The translations under genes were made by a program, and so were the position numbers. This document shows, piece by piece, positions 11,427-20,833 of a stretch of 64,000 nt of DNA (position 1 is the stretch's first letter; every line of letters starts with the position of its first letter). Source of the DNA: an uncultured delta proteobacterium (lineage in GTDB: Bacteria > Myxococcota > Kuafuiibacteriia > Kuafuiibacteriales > Kuafuiibacteriaceae); the NCBI GenBank assembly GCA_963803435.1, contig CAWDML010000001.1, forward strand, positions 704,001 to 768,000. Reading direction: 5' to 3'. The notes under the pieces were generated by a model. That model did no database searches and had not been told where the DNA came from. It saw only the letters and a program-made list of their open reading frames with translations.

Positions 11427-14204
11427 ATGGCCTCATCGATATCCTCTCCGGTACCCGGCGGCCCGCCGGTGGTCTCGATCGAACGAGTCACGCACCGCTA
11501 CGGCAAGGTCGTCGCGCTCGACGGGATCTCTCTCGACATTCCGAGCGGCATCATGGCGGGCATCGTGGGCGCAGATGGCGTCGGAAAATCGACGCTCATG
11601 GCGCTGATCGCGGGCTCCAAGAAGATGCAGCACGGGAAGGTTACCGTGCTCGATGGGGACATCGCGAACGGACGGCATCGGCGCGCCGTCGGCCCCCGGA
11701 TCGCGTACATGCCGCAGGGCTTGGGCAAGAACCTCTACTTGGAGCTCAGCGTTCGCGACAACATCGACTTCATGGCGCGACTCTTCGGGCTATCGACCGC
11801 GGAGCGGAAGACGCGCATCGACGAGCTCCTCGCCGCGACCGGGCTGGCGCCGTTCCCCGATCGGCCCGCGGGCAAGCTCTCGGGTGGAATGAAGCAGAAG
11901 GTGGGGCTCTGCGGAGCGCTGGTCCACGAGCCGGATCTGCTCATCCTCGACGAGCCCACCACCGGCGTCGATCCGCTCTCGCGACGCCAGTTCTGGTCGC
12001 TCATCGACGAGATCCGGGCGGGACGTCCCAGCATGAGCGTCGTCATCTCCACCGCGTACATGGACGAAGCCGAAGCGTGGGACTGGATCGTCGCCATGGA
12101 CGCTGGGCGCGTGCTGGCGACGGGGACACCCGCGGAGCTGATGGAGCGGACCGGCACGTCGGATCTCGACCGGTGTTTCATCGCCCTCATGCCGGAGGAG
12201 AAGCGCGCGGGCCACACGGAGCTCACCATTCCTCCACGTCCCGCCGGCACCACGGAGATCGCCATCGAAGCGCACGGCCTGACGCGCCGCTACGGCACCT
12301 TCACCGCCGTCGACCACGTCACGCTCTCCGTCGAGCGCGGTGAGATCTTCGGCTTCCTCGGCTCCAACGGGTGCGGCAAGTCGACCACCATGAAGATGCT
12401 GACCGGCCTCTTGCCGCCGACCGAAGGCACCGCCACGCTCTTCGGGAGCTCGGTAGAAGCGGGCAGCATCGAGGTGCGAGAGAGCCTCGGCTACATGACG
12501 CAGGCGTTCTCGCTCTACGGCGAGCTCAGCCTCCGCCAGAACCTGGCCTTGCACGCCCGTCTCTATCACCTCCCACCCGAGCAGGCGAAGGCGCGGATCG
12601 AGGAGCTGGTCGAGATCTTCGGGCTCGGCGCACACCTCGACGCGCTGGCCGAGGACCTACCGATGGGTCTACGCCAGCGGCTCTCCCTCGCCGTCGCGGT
12701 GCTGCACGAGCCAGAGATCTTGATTCTGGACGAGCCCACCTCGGGCGTCGATCCGGCAGCCCGTGACAGCTTCTGGGAGCTCCTCATCGCGCTCTCGCGC
12801 GAGCAAAACGTCACCATCTTCGTGACGACGCACTTCATGAACGAAGGGATGCGGTGCGATCGCATCTCGCTCATGAACGCGGGCAAAGTGCTGGCCTGCG
12901 ATGCGCCCCAGAAGCTGATCGAGGCGCGAGGTGCGTCCAGCCTGGAGGAAGCCTTCATCGGGTACATGGAAGACTCGATCGCCGCGGGCGCCTCACCCGC
13001 CGCTGCACCCCTCCCTGGACCCGAAGCGGAGAAGCCGGTGCGCCCGCCGGCCTCACCCAAGCGCGCCGCCCTCCGCCTGCGCGTCGGCCGCATGCTCGCC
13101 TATACCCACAATGAGACCATGCAGATCCTCCGCGACCCGATCCGCTTGACGTTCGCCTTCTTGGGCTCCGCACTCTTGATGCTCGTGTTCGGCTTCGGGA
13201 TCACGACGGACGTCGAACATATCCGCTACGCATCGCTGGATCTCGATCAGTCCCCCGAGAGCCGGACCTATCTCGAGCAGTTCGCCGGATCGCCGCGGTA
13301 CTTCACGGGGACTCGACCTGCTCGCTCGGCCGATGATGCCTTGGAGCGGCTACAGTCGGACGATGTCTCCCTCGTCCTCGAGATCCCGCCCGACTTCGGC
13401 CGCGACTTCCAGCGTCGCGCCGCCCCGGAGGTGATGGCGCAGGTGGACGGTGCCATGACCTTCCGCGGTGACACGATCGGACAATACGTCCAGGGGGTGC
13501 AAGACGCCGCGCTGAGGGATCCCGCGACCGGCCTCGAAACGGCGGCTCCTCGTAGAGGCCGGGCCGAGATCGAAGAGCGATACAACTATAATCCGACCTT
13601 CGAGAGCATCTACTCCATCGTCCCCAGCGTGCCTGCCCTGTTGCTGCTGCTGATCCCGGCCATCCTGATGACCGTCAGCATCGTGCGCGAAAAGGAGCTG
13701 GGCTCGATGATCAACTTCTACGTCACGCCGACTGCGCGGCTCGAATACTTGCTTGGCAAGCAGCTCCCGTACGTGGCGATCGGGCTGCTCAACTATCTCA
13801 TCCTGACCCTCATGGCCCTGGTCGTGTTCGCTGTGCCGATCAAGGGCAGCTTTCTCATGCTGACCCTGTGCACGGTCTTGTACGTCACGGCGACGACGGG
13901 AGTCGGGATGATGACCTCGATCTTCACCAGCAGCCAGGTCGCCGCCGTGTTCGTGACGGCGATCCTCACCATCGTGCCCACCATCCAGTTCTCCGGGTTG
14001 CTCCAGCCCGTCTCGACCCTCGAGGGCAATGCAGGGTTCATCGGCAAGATCTGGCCCGCGTCTTATTACATGCACTCGAGCGTGGGCGCATTCACCAAGG
14101 GTCTCGGACCGCGGCTCATGATGCCGGACGTGGTCTTCCTGGCCTGCTGCATCCCGATCTTCTGGGCCGTCAGCGTCCTCGGTCTCAGAAAGCAGGAGAA
14201 GTAG
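11427..14204 (+). CDS. rbbA: Ribosome-associated ATPase / fused ABC transporter RbbA (two NBDs + ABC-2 permease)
   Basis: Two Walker A motifs (GADGVGKST, GSNGCGKST), YMPQGLGKNLY, LSGGMKQK, C-terminal permease with REKELGS. Confidence 0.9.
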   Translation: MASSISSPVPGGPPVVSIERVTHRYGKVVALDGISLDIPSGIMAGIVGADGVGKSTLMALIAGSKKMQHGKVTVLDGDIANGRHRRAVGPRIAYMPQGLGKNLYLELSVRDNIDFMARLFGLSTAERKTRIDELLAATGLAPFPDRPAGKLSGGMKQKVGLCGALVHEPDLLILDEPTTGVDPLSRRQFWSLIDEIRAGRPSMSVVISTAYMDEAEAWDWIVAMDAGRVLATGTPAELMERTGTSDLDRCFIALMPEEKRAGHTELTIPPRPAGTTEIAIEAHGLTRRYGTFTAVDHVTLSVERGEIFGFLGSNGCGKSTTMKMLTGLLPPTEGTATLFGSSVEAGSIEVRESLGYMTQAFSLYGELSLRQNLALHARLYHLPPEQAKARIEELVEIFGLGAHLDALAEDLPMGLRQRLSLAVAVLHEPEILILDEPTSGVDPAARDSFWELLIALSREQNVTIFVTTHFMNEGMRCDRISLMNAGKVLACDAPQKLIEARGASSLEEAFIGYMEDSIAAGASPAAAPLPGPEAEKPVRPPASPKRAALRLRVGRMLAYTHNETMQILRDPIRLTFAFLGSALLMLVFGFGITTDVEHIRYASLDLDQSPESRTYLEQFAGSPRYFTGTRPARSADDALERLQSDDVSLVLEIPPDFGRDFQRRAAPEVMAQVDGAMTFRGDTIGQYVQGVQDAALRDPATGLETAAPRRGRAEIEERYNYNPTFESIYSIVPSVPALLLLLIPAILMTVSIVREKELGSMINFYVTPTARLEYLLGKQLPYVAIGLLNYLILTLMALVVFAVPIKGSFLMLTLCTVLYVTATTGVGMMTSIFTSSQVAAVFVTAILTIVPTIQFSGLLQPVSTLEGNAGFIGKIWPASYYMHSSVGAFTKGLGPRLMMPDVVFLACCIPIFWAVSVLGLRKQEK

Positions 14205-14207
14205 GGT

Positions 14208-15332
14208 GTGAAGGCGCTCTTGAACATCTTCTGGCTGGGCCTCAAGGAGATCCGCAGCCTGACCACCGATCTGGTGATGGTGGTATTCGTCGTCTACGCC
14301 TTCACGCTCGCGATCTACGTCCAGGCGACGGGGACTTCGAGCGAGGTCAACAACGCGTCGATCGCCTTCGTGGACGAGGACGGATCGACCCTTTCCAAGG
14401 AGCTGTTCAACGCCTTCTATCCCCCGCGCTTCAAGTTGCCGGAGCTGATCCCTGCAGTGGACGTCGAACCGGCGATGGATGCCGGTCGGGTCATGTTCGT
14501 GGTCGTGATTCCACCCCGCTTCGAGCACGACCTTCGCGCGGGACGCAACCCGGAGATCCAGGTGAATATCGACGCAACCGCCATGCAGCAGGCCGGCATC
14601 GGCGCCGGCTACATCAAGAATATCATCGGCGATCGGGTCGAGTCCTTTCTCACTCGCTCGGATGTATCCGAGAAGAAGCCGATCAACCTGGTCGTTCGCA
14701 AGCTGTTCAACCCGAACGGAGTGTCGTCGTGGTTCAAGAGCGTGGTGGCCATCATCAATCAGATCACGCTGCTGACGGTGGTTCTGACCGGGGCTGCAGT
14801 GATTCGCGAGCGCGAGCACGGCACGCTCGAGCACCTCCTGGTCATGCCGTTGAGCGCGTTCGAGATCGCCATGGCGAAGGTGTGGGCCAACAGCGCGGTG
14901 ATTCTCGTCGCGACCGGCGCATCGCTCTTCTTGATCGTTCGGATGGCGTTGAAGGTGCCGTTCGCCGGCTCGGTGGTCCTCTGGTTCAGCGGTGTGGTGC
15001 TCTATCTGTTCTTCGCGACGGCGCTCGGGCTCTTTTTGGGAACCGTCTCGCGATCCATGGCGCAGTTCGCACTGCTCATCATCCTGGTGATCCTCGTGCT
15101 GATGCTGCTCTCGGGCGGCAGCACGCCCGTGGAGAGCCAGCCGAAGTGGCTGCAGTACGTCACGTATCTCCTTCCCTCGCGCCACTTCGTGAGCTTCTCG
15201 CAGGTCATCATCTACCGGGGCGGTGGCCTGAAAGCGGTGTGGAGTCAGTTCTTGATGGTGAGTGCGGTCGGACTCGGATTCTTCGTCTACAGCCTGACGC
15301 TCTTCCGGAAGTCGATCGCGGTGACCAAGTAG
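14208..15332 (+). CDS. ABC-2 type permease (YhhJ-like)
   Basis: LGLKEIRSL, DATAMQQA, REREHGTLEHLLVMP, SGGSTPVESQP. Confidence 0.9.
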   Translation: MKALLNIFWLGLKEIRSLTTDLVMVVFVVYAFTLAIYVQATGTSSEVNNASIAFVDEDGSTLSKELFNAFYPPRFKLPELIPAVDVEPAMDAGRVMFVVVIPPRFEHDLRAGRNPEIQVNIDATAMQQAGIGAGYIKNIIGDRVESFLTRSDVSEKKPINLVVRKLFNPNGVSSWFKSVVAIINQITLLTVVLTGAAVIREREHGTLEHLLVMPLSAFEIAMAKVWANSAVILVATGASLFLIVRMALKVPFAGSVVLWFSGVVLYLFFATALGLFLGTVSRSMAQFALLIILVILVLMLLSGGSTPVESQPKWLQYVTYLLPSRHFVSFSQVIIYRGGGLKAVWSQFLMVSAVGLGFFVYSLTLFRKSIAVTK

Positions 15333-15363
15333 CCAGCCACGCGGAGCTCGCAAAGGAGAGACG

Positions 15364-16197
15364 ATGAAACCCTCGACGAAGCAGGGCGACCGGGGACAGG
15401 CCAAGACCGAAAGGAAACTGACGCGCAAGCGATACGAGAAGGAGCTGACCCGTCTGCAGACCGAGCTTTGCTTCGTGCAAGACTGGGTCAAGGCCGCGCA
15501 GCAGCGGGTCATGGTCATCTTCGAAGGCCGAGACGCCGCCGGCAAGGGTGGCACCATCCGCGCGATCACCGAACGCTGCAGCCCGCGCGTCTTTCGCATC
15601 GTGGCGCTCCCTGCGCCCTCCGACCGCGAGAGGTCGCAGATGTACATGCAACGCTTCATCCCCCACTTCCCGGCCGCAGGCGAGATCGTGATCTTCGATC
15701 GGAGCTATTACAACCGCGCCGGGGTCGAGCGGGTCCTGGGTTTCTGCACTGAGGAAGAGGCGCGCACCTTTCTCCAGCTCTGTCCGAGCTTCGAGAAAAT
15801 CGTGGTCGGGAACGGCATTCGGCTGATCAAGTACTGGATGGAGGTCAACGACGCCGAGCAGGAGCGCCGCTTCCGGGCGCGGATGGACGATCCTCTGCGG
15901 CAGTGGAAGCTGAGTCCCACGGATCTCGAATCCCGGCGACGGTGGTACGATTATTCGATCGCCCGGGACGAGATGCTCGCCGCAACCGACACCTCTTGGG
16001 CCCCCTGGTACATCGTGCGGTCGGACTCGAAGAAGCAGGCACGGCTCAACTGCATCAGCCACCTCTTGAGCCTGCTGCCTTACGAGCGCATCGACCGGCC
16101 CGAGGTCGACATGCCCAAGCGCTCGACCAAGCATGCCTATGACGACATCGCGACGATGACGGAGCGACGCTGGGTCCCGGATCCTTTCGCGTCATAG
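15364..16197 (+). CDS. ppk2: Polyphosphate kinase 2
   Basis: FEGRDAAGKGG, FDRSYYNRAGVERV, WKLSPTD, APWYIV. Confidence 0.95.
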   Translation: MKPSTKQGDRGQAKTERKLTRKRYEKELTRLQTELCFVQDWVKAAQQRVMVIFEGRDAAGKGGTIRAITERCSPRVFRIVALPAPSDRERSQMYMQRFIPHFPAAGEIVIFDRSYYNRAGVERVLGFCTEEEARTFLQLCPSFEKIVVGNGIRLIKYWMEVNDAEQERRFRARMDDPLRQWKLSPTDLESRRRWYDYSIARDEMLAATDTSWAPWYIVRSDSKKQARLNCISHLLSLLPYERIDRPEVDMPKRSTKHAYDDIATMTERRWVPDPFAS

Positions 16198-16396
16198 TTC
16201 GGCGAAGCGCACCGTAGACGGGCCCAGGGCGGGGACACTGCGCGACTTGTTCACGGGCGACCGAGCGCCACGGCATCGCCCAGCCGCCCCACCGCCCCAC
16301 CGCCGGTGAGGAGCTGGCGGGCCAGCGGGTCAAGGGCGACATGGCACCCTGCTTGCTTCGGTCCAGTAAACATCGATCGAAATCGGAGGTGCAGAC

Positions 16397-16957
16397 GTGG
16401 CAACGCAGAAGCAGGACTGGACCCGGCCCCAGGCGATGGCCATTCCCAAGAGCGGTTACTTCGAGCTGAGGCAAGGCAATTTTGGCCCGATCTACCCCCG
16501 AACGCCGGCCTGCCACGGTTTCACCATCATCGCGAGGATCAAGCCGGGGACCGAGGGCGTGATCAGAGAGTACGGAAAGGTCATCGAGAAGGCGGTGACG
16601 GCGGACCCGGCGATGCTCGCGCCCTTGAGGCTCCACTACCTTCGCTGGGTCCTCTTCGAGGTCGGTGCAGACACCTTTTTCATGTACCAAGGTATTTTCG
16701 ATACGGACTTCGACAAATATACCGAGGATGCCGTCGCATTGTTCATCAGGTACGGCGTCAATACCATCTTTGAGAATCTCGAGGGCTTCCCAGCCGATTG
16801 GAAGACCAATATTCCGGCGTTCGTCGCGTTCCTTCGCGAACACCAGTGCCCGAGCTTCTTGGAGTACGGAGAGTATCCATACGCGACGGCGGACGAGATC
16901 AAGAAGTCCCTCCGACTCAAGCGGGCGTTCGAAGAGGTTCTCGATCAAATGCAGTGA
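16397..16957 (+). CDS. Hypothetical protein, DyP-peroxidase-associated type
   Basis: Strong SD (GGAGG) before GTG; LHYLRWVLF..YQGIFDTDFDKY resembles the small barrel proteins found beside DyP genes. Confidence 0.7.
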   Translation: MATQKQDWTRPQAMAIPKSGYFELRQGNFGPIYPRTPACHGFTIIARIKPGTEGVIREYGKVIEKAVTADPAMLAPLRLHYLRWVLFEVGADTFFMYQGIFDTDFDKYTEDAVALFIRYGVNTIFENLEGFPADWKTNIPAFVAFLREHQCPSFLEYGEYPYATADEIKKSLRLKRAFEEVLDQMQ

Positions 16958-16966
16958 TGCGCGACC

Positions 16967-18370
16967 ATGAACGAGTACGATCTCATCGCGATTGGATCAG
17001 GCCCGGCGGGAGAGAGCGCTACAGAGCTGGCTTCCTTCTTCGGTCTGCGCGCGCTGGTGGTCGAGCGAAACCGCCCCGGCGGCACGGTGACCGCGACCGG
17101 AGGCGTACCGACCAAGACGCTCCGCGACGTCGCCGTTCAGGTCGCGGGGCTCCGTGCGGCGGCCGAGCGAGGGCTCCGAGTGTCCGCACCCGTGGAGGTC
17201 GTGATCGATGCGATCAGGAGACGCACCTCCGACGCTTGTGAGCGCTTGACGAGGATGACCGGCGAGACCTTGTCGGCCCGCGGCGTCGACTATCTGCACG
17301 GGACCGCTCGTCTCGAGAGAGGCCGGCGCGTGGTCGTCACGGATGAGGATGGGCTTCCGCGCGCGCTGGAGGCGAAGGCGGTCGTGATCGCGACGGGCTC
17401 CCGGCCCTCGCGCCCCCGGTCCGTCTCCTTCGATCTCCCGGGGGTCTGCGATACCGACACCATCCTGCGTCTCGGGCGGGTCCCCAAGGACCTCGTCATC
17501 GTCGGTGGAGGTGCCGTCGGGGTGGAGTTCGCGACCATCTGTCGCGCGCTCGGAGCCGAGGTCAGGCTCCTCGAGCGGGACGCCCGCCCGCTCGCCACGA
17601 TGGATCGCGAGATTGTCGATCGCCTGCTCGGGGCCTTCGAGCGCTCGGAGGTGACCGTGTCGACCAAAACCACGCTCGAGGGCGTGACTGCAAAGGATGG
17701 GGGGCTCGAGGTGGTGCTCTCCGACGGGACGACCGTCGCGCCCGATACGGTGCTCTTCGCTGCGGGCCGGGTTCCGAACACCGAAGGTCTGGGCCTCGAA
17801 GATGCGGGTGTCGCGGTCGACGCCCGCGGCAGGATCGTCGTCGACGAATGGTTCAGGACCTCCGCGGAGGGCATCTGGGCGGCGGGCGACGTCGTTCGTC
17901 CGACCTTGGCCTCGATCGCGATGGAGCAGGGACGAGCGGCATTCTGTCGGGCGTTCGGCGTCCCCTTCGAGGGGACGGTGGATCCGTGCCCGGTCTCCGC
18001 GGTCTACAGTATGCCCGAGCTCTCGGGCGCGGGCCTCACCGAGGAGCAATGTCGCGAGTCGAAGCTCGACTATGAAGTGGGGCGAGCCGATCTCGACCAA
18101 ACGCCGCGCGGGGTCATCGCAGGCCGTGGAGGCCTGTTGAAGCTCATCTTCTCGAAGCATGACAGGAGGCTCCTCGGCGTTCACTGCATCGCCGACATCG
18201 CCTCGGAGCTCGTGGGGATTGGTCAGATGGTCATCCGCTGTGGCGGCACCCTCGACACCATCGCGAACATGTCGATGAACACGCCGACCTACGGCTATGC
18301 CTACAAGTACGCGGCCTTCGACGGTCTCCGGCGCGCGCCGAGAGGTCCGCCGGCTGGAGGTGCTCGATGA
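16967..18370 (+). CDS. Soluble pyridine nucleotide transhydrogenase-like flavoprotein (SthA-like)
   Basis: GSGPAG FAD motif, ATGSRP, GGGAVGVEFA, AAGDV, C-terminal NTPTY..AYK.AA.DGL like SthA; redox Cys absent. Confidence 0.8.
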   Translation: MNEYDLIAIGSGPAGESATELASFFGLRALVVERNRPGGTVTATGGVPTKTLRDVAVQVAGLRAAAERGLRVSAPVEVVIDAIRRRTSDACERLTRMTGETLSARGVDYLHGTARLERGRRVVVTDEDGLPRALEAKAVVIATGSRPSRPRSVSFDLPGVCDTDTILRLGRVPKDLVIVGGGAVGVEFATICRALGAEVRLLERDARPLATMDREIVDRLLGAFERSEVTVSTKTTLEGVTAKDGGLEVVLSDGTTVAPDTVLFAAGRVPNTEGLGLEDAGVAVDARGRIVVDEWFRTSAEGIWAAGDVVRPTLASIAMEQGRAAFCRAFGVPFEGTVDPCPVSAVYSMPELSGAGLTEEQCRESKLDYEVGRADLDQTPRGVIAGRGGLLKLIFSKHDRRLLGVHCIADIASELVGIGQMVIRCGGTLDTIANMSMNTPTYGYAYKYAAFDGLRRAPRGPPAGGAR

Positions 18371-19383
18371 GTCTTTCGAAGGCTCCCGCGCGGAGCTACA
18401 ACCAAACGCATGAGCCGCGCCCTTACACCGCGGGCCGGCGCCGCTTCAGCATCTATTGGGCTTGGAGTTATCCGTGGGAGGCGAACCGAGCCCCGACGCA
18501 GCTCGACAATCGCTTCTCGACCATGACCGAGGTTCGCCGGGTGGGCTGGCCCGAGTACGAGTCCGCCGAGTGGTCCGAGAGCAACTTCCTCCAAGGTATC
18601 GATGGAACCCTCGAGCTCTTCCATCTCTCGCTCGAGAGGTTCCAGAGCCTCATCGGCGAGGTGACGGGGCATCCGGCTCGGGTCTATCAGCGCGTCGACC
18701 AAGCGGGGCACTTCCTCCCCTTGGACGAACGCATCCTCGACGACACGGATACGTTGATGGTGTTCGGCCTCGACCACCTCGCGTCCGAGCAGGAAGCGTC
18801 CGAGGAGGAGCTCGCCTGGCTGTGCCGGTTTCTTGCCAAGGAGGGGAACGCTCTACTGATTGGACCGCACCACGACGTCGGAGCCTCGGACGACCTCGAG
18901 GTGCGCGCGATCGAGTACGCGCACCACGGCGATCCGCTGGTGCCGCACCAGCAGCGCTTCGGACTCTATACGCGCTCGCTGATGAAGGGCCTCGGCGTGC
19001 CGGTGGAGAACCGATATGGCCTTCGTCCGGCCGTCTTACCGGGGACGGATCGTCTCGCGCCCCTGTCGGCGATGAGGGATCTCGACCGCCGGCATTGGCT
19101 CGACGGGGTCACGACCTTCAATTTCCACCCGCATCTGCCGCACTACGCGGTGACCACCGACGACCCGAAAAACATCCACGTCCTAGCTCGGCAGCCGATC
19201 GACCTGACCCGACGACACCCCTTCACAGACGCCGGGAATCGCGAGCTCGACATGTTCCTGTGGATGCCCCCCAACGGAGATCGCGCGGCGGACATCCTGC
19301 TCTCCGACTCGACCCTCTTCACCACCTTGTTCGGGGCGAGCGAGAGCCTCGAGCGCTTCTGGAAGAACCTCGCGAACCCATGA
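18367..19383 (+). CDS. Hypothetical protein (Trp/His-rich), coupled to the DyP gene
   Basis: SD GGAGG, ATGA overlaps at both ends, good codon bias; motifs YWAWSYPWE, GPHHDVG, HHGD, FNFHPHLPH. Confidence 0.75.
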   Translation: MSLSKAPARSYNQTHEPRPYTAGRRRFSIYWAWSYPWEANRAPTQLDNRFSTMTEVRRVGWPEYESAEWSESNFLQGIDGTLELFHLSLERFQSLIGEVTGHPARVYQRVDQAGHFLPLDERILDDTDTLMVFGLDHLASEQEASEEELAWLCRFLAKEGNALLIGPHHDVGASDDLEVRAIEYAHHGDPLVPHQQRFGLYTRSLMKGLGVPVENRYGLRPAVLPGTDRLAPLSAMRDLDRRHWLDGVTTFNFHPHLPHYAVTTDDPKNIHVLARQPIDLTRRHPFTDAGNRELDMFLWMPPNGDRAADILLSDSTLFTTLFGASESLERFWKNLANP

Positions 19384-20696
19384 CCACTCTAGACCTCGAC
19401 GACATCCAGAGCGGCGTGTTGCGGCCGCGACCCGCGCCCTACGCCGCCGTCTACTACGTCCTCCGCGTCGACGATCGGCGCGCCGGACGCGAGGTGGTCC
19501 GCCGCCTGAGCTCGGTCGTGGTCCCGGTCTCACGGGCCGACACTCCGGCCAAGGACACGTGGGTCAGCGTGGCCATCAGCTACCGCGGCCTGGAGGCGTT
19601 GGGCGTTCCCGAGCGTTCTCTCGTCAGCTTCGCGCCCGAGTTCCGGGCGGGGATGGCGGCTCGGGCCAAGGTCTTGGGAGACGAAGGCGAGAGCAGCCCG
19701 CAGAACTGGGAGTCTCCGCTCGGCTCGAGCGACGTCCATCTGGTGCTCACGGCGCTGTCGGCGGACGACGAGCGCCTCGAGGCCGCCGTCGCCCGCGCGC
19801 GTGAGACCTTTCGCGGCGTCTTGGGTGTCGCACCGATCTGGCGCCAGGACTGCCACTCGCTCCCCTGCGAGCGAGAAGCCTTCGGGTTCAGGGATGGGAT
19901 CAGCCATCCCGCGATCGAAGGCAGCGGCATCTCCGGCTCGAACCCGCACGAGCCGCCGCTGCAACCGGGTGAGTTCGTGCTCGGATATCCCGACGAGATG
20001 CAGGCGTCGCCACCGATCCCTGAGCCCGAGACGCTGGGCAAGAACGGGAGCTACGTCGCCTTCCGCAAGCTGCATCAGCGCGTCGCTGAGTTCCGTCGTT
20101 ACCTGACGAGCAACACGAAGAGCGCCGAGGAAGCCGAGTGGTTGGCGGGCAAGCTCATGGGGCGCTGGCGAAGCGGGGCGCCTCTCGCGCTCTGCCCGAT
20201 CGAAGACGACCCCGTCCTCGGCGCCGATCGATCGCGCCACAACGCGTTCCAATTCCAGGAGGACCCGATAGGCTACGACACGCCGCGCGGCTGCCACGTC
20301 CGGCGGATGAATCCGCGCGACTCGGACGTCGCCGGCGTCGTCCGCATCCATCGTATGATCCGCCGCGGCACCTCCTACGGGCCCCCGCTCCCCGAAGGCG
20401 TGCTCGACGACGACGGCGTCGAGCGTGGGCTGATGTTTGCGTTCATCGGCGCTCACCTCGGCCGGCAGTTCGAGTTCGTCCAGTCCGAGTGGCTCGGCGA
20501 GGGGCGCTTCTTCGGCGGCGGACCCGAACGGGATCCTATCGCGGGCGCGCGCGGCCCCGGGACCTTCGACATTCCCCGGCGACCATTGAGGCGGCGCCTC
20601 GAGGGCCTCCCGCGATTCGTGATCACCAGGGGCGGTGAGTACTGCTTTCTTCCCGGCCTGAGAGCTCTGCAATGGCTCGCGAACCTGAGGACGTGA
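19380..20696 (+). CDS. Dye-decolorizing (DyP-type) peroxidase
   Basis: Start ATG 19380 overlapping the upstream TGA; LDDIQ, FGFRDGISHP (GxxDG), NGSYVAFRKL, HVRRMNPR (proximal His), RRGTSYG, QFEFVQ, TRGGEYCFLP. Confidence 0.9.
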   Translation: MTTLDLDDIQSGVLRPRPAPYAAVYYVLRVDDRRAGREVVRRLSSVVVPVSRADTPAKDTWVSVAISYRGLEALGVPERSLVSFAPEFRAGMAARAKVLGDEGESSPQNWESPLGSSDVHLVLTALSADDERLEAAVARARETFRGVLGVAPIWRQDCHSLPCEREAFGFRDGISHPAIEGSGISGSNPHEPPLQPGEFVLGYPDEMQASPPIPEPETLGKNGSYVAFRKLHQRVAEFRRYLTSNTKSAEEAEWLAGKLMGRWRSGAPLALCPIEDDPVLGADRSRHNAFQFQEDPIGYDTPRGCHVRRMNPRDSDVAGVVRIHRMIRRGTSYGPPLPEGVLDDDGVERGLMFAFIGAHLGRQFEFVQSEWLGEGRFFGGGPERDPIAGARGPGTFDIPRRPLRRRLEGLPRFVITRGGEYCFLPGLRALQWLANLRT

Positions 20697-20833
20697 TCGG
20701 ATGGGATTCGACCCTCCTCTGCTCAGCCTGGATGAAACAGGGATCGGTGATGTACCAACTGCTCGGCGGTGTAGCGATGGCCGGCGTCGAAGAGTGCTCG
20801 GAGGTGTCCGATTCGTCCGCCTGCCTGAGTTGG

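Noticed and set aside
16955-16969. In-frame TGA-TGC between the 186-aa ORF and the SthA-like gene (possible Sec or readthrough fusion)
   Set aside because: Both proteins look complete on their own, I see no SECIS-like hairpin, and same-frame neighbours occur one time in three by chance
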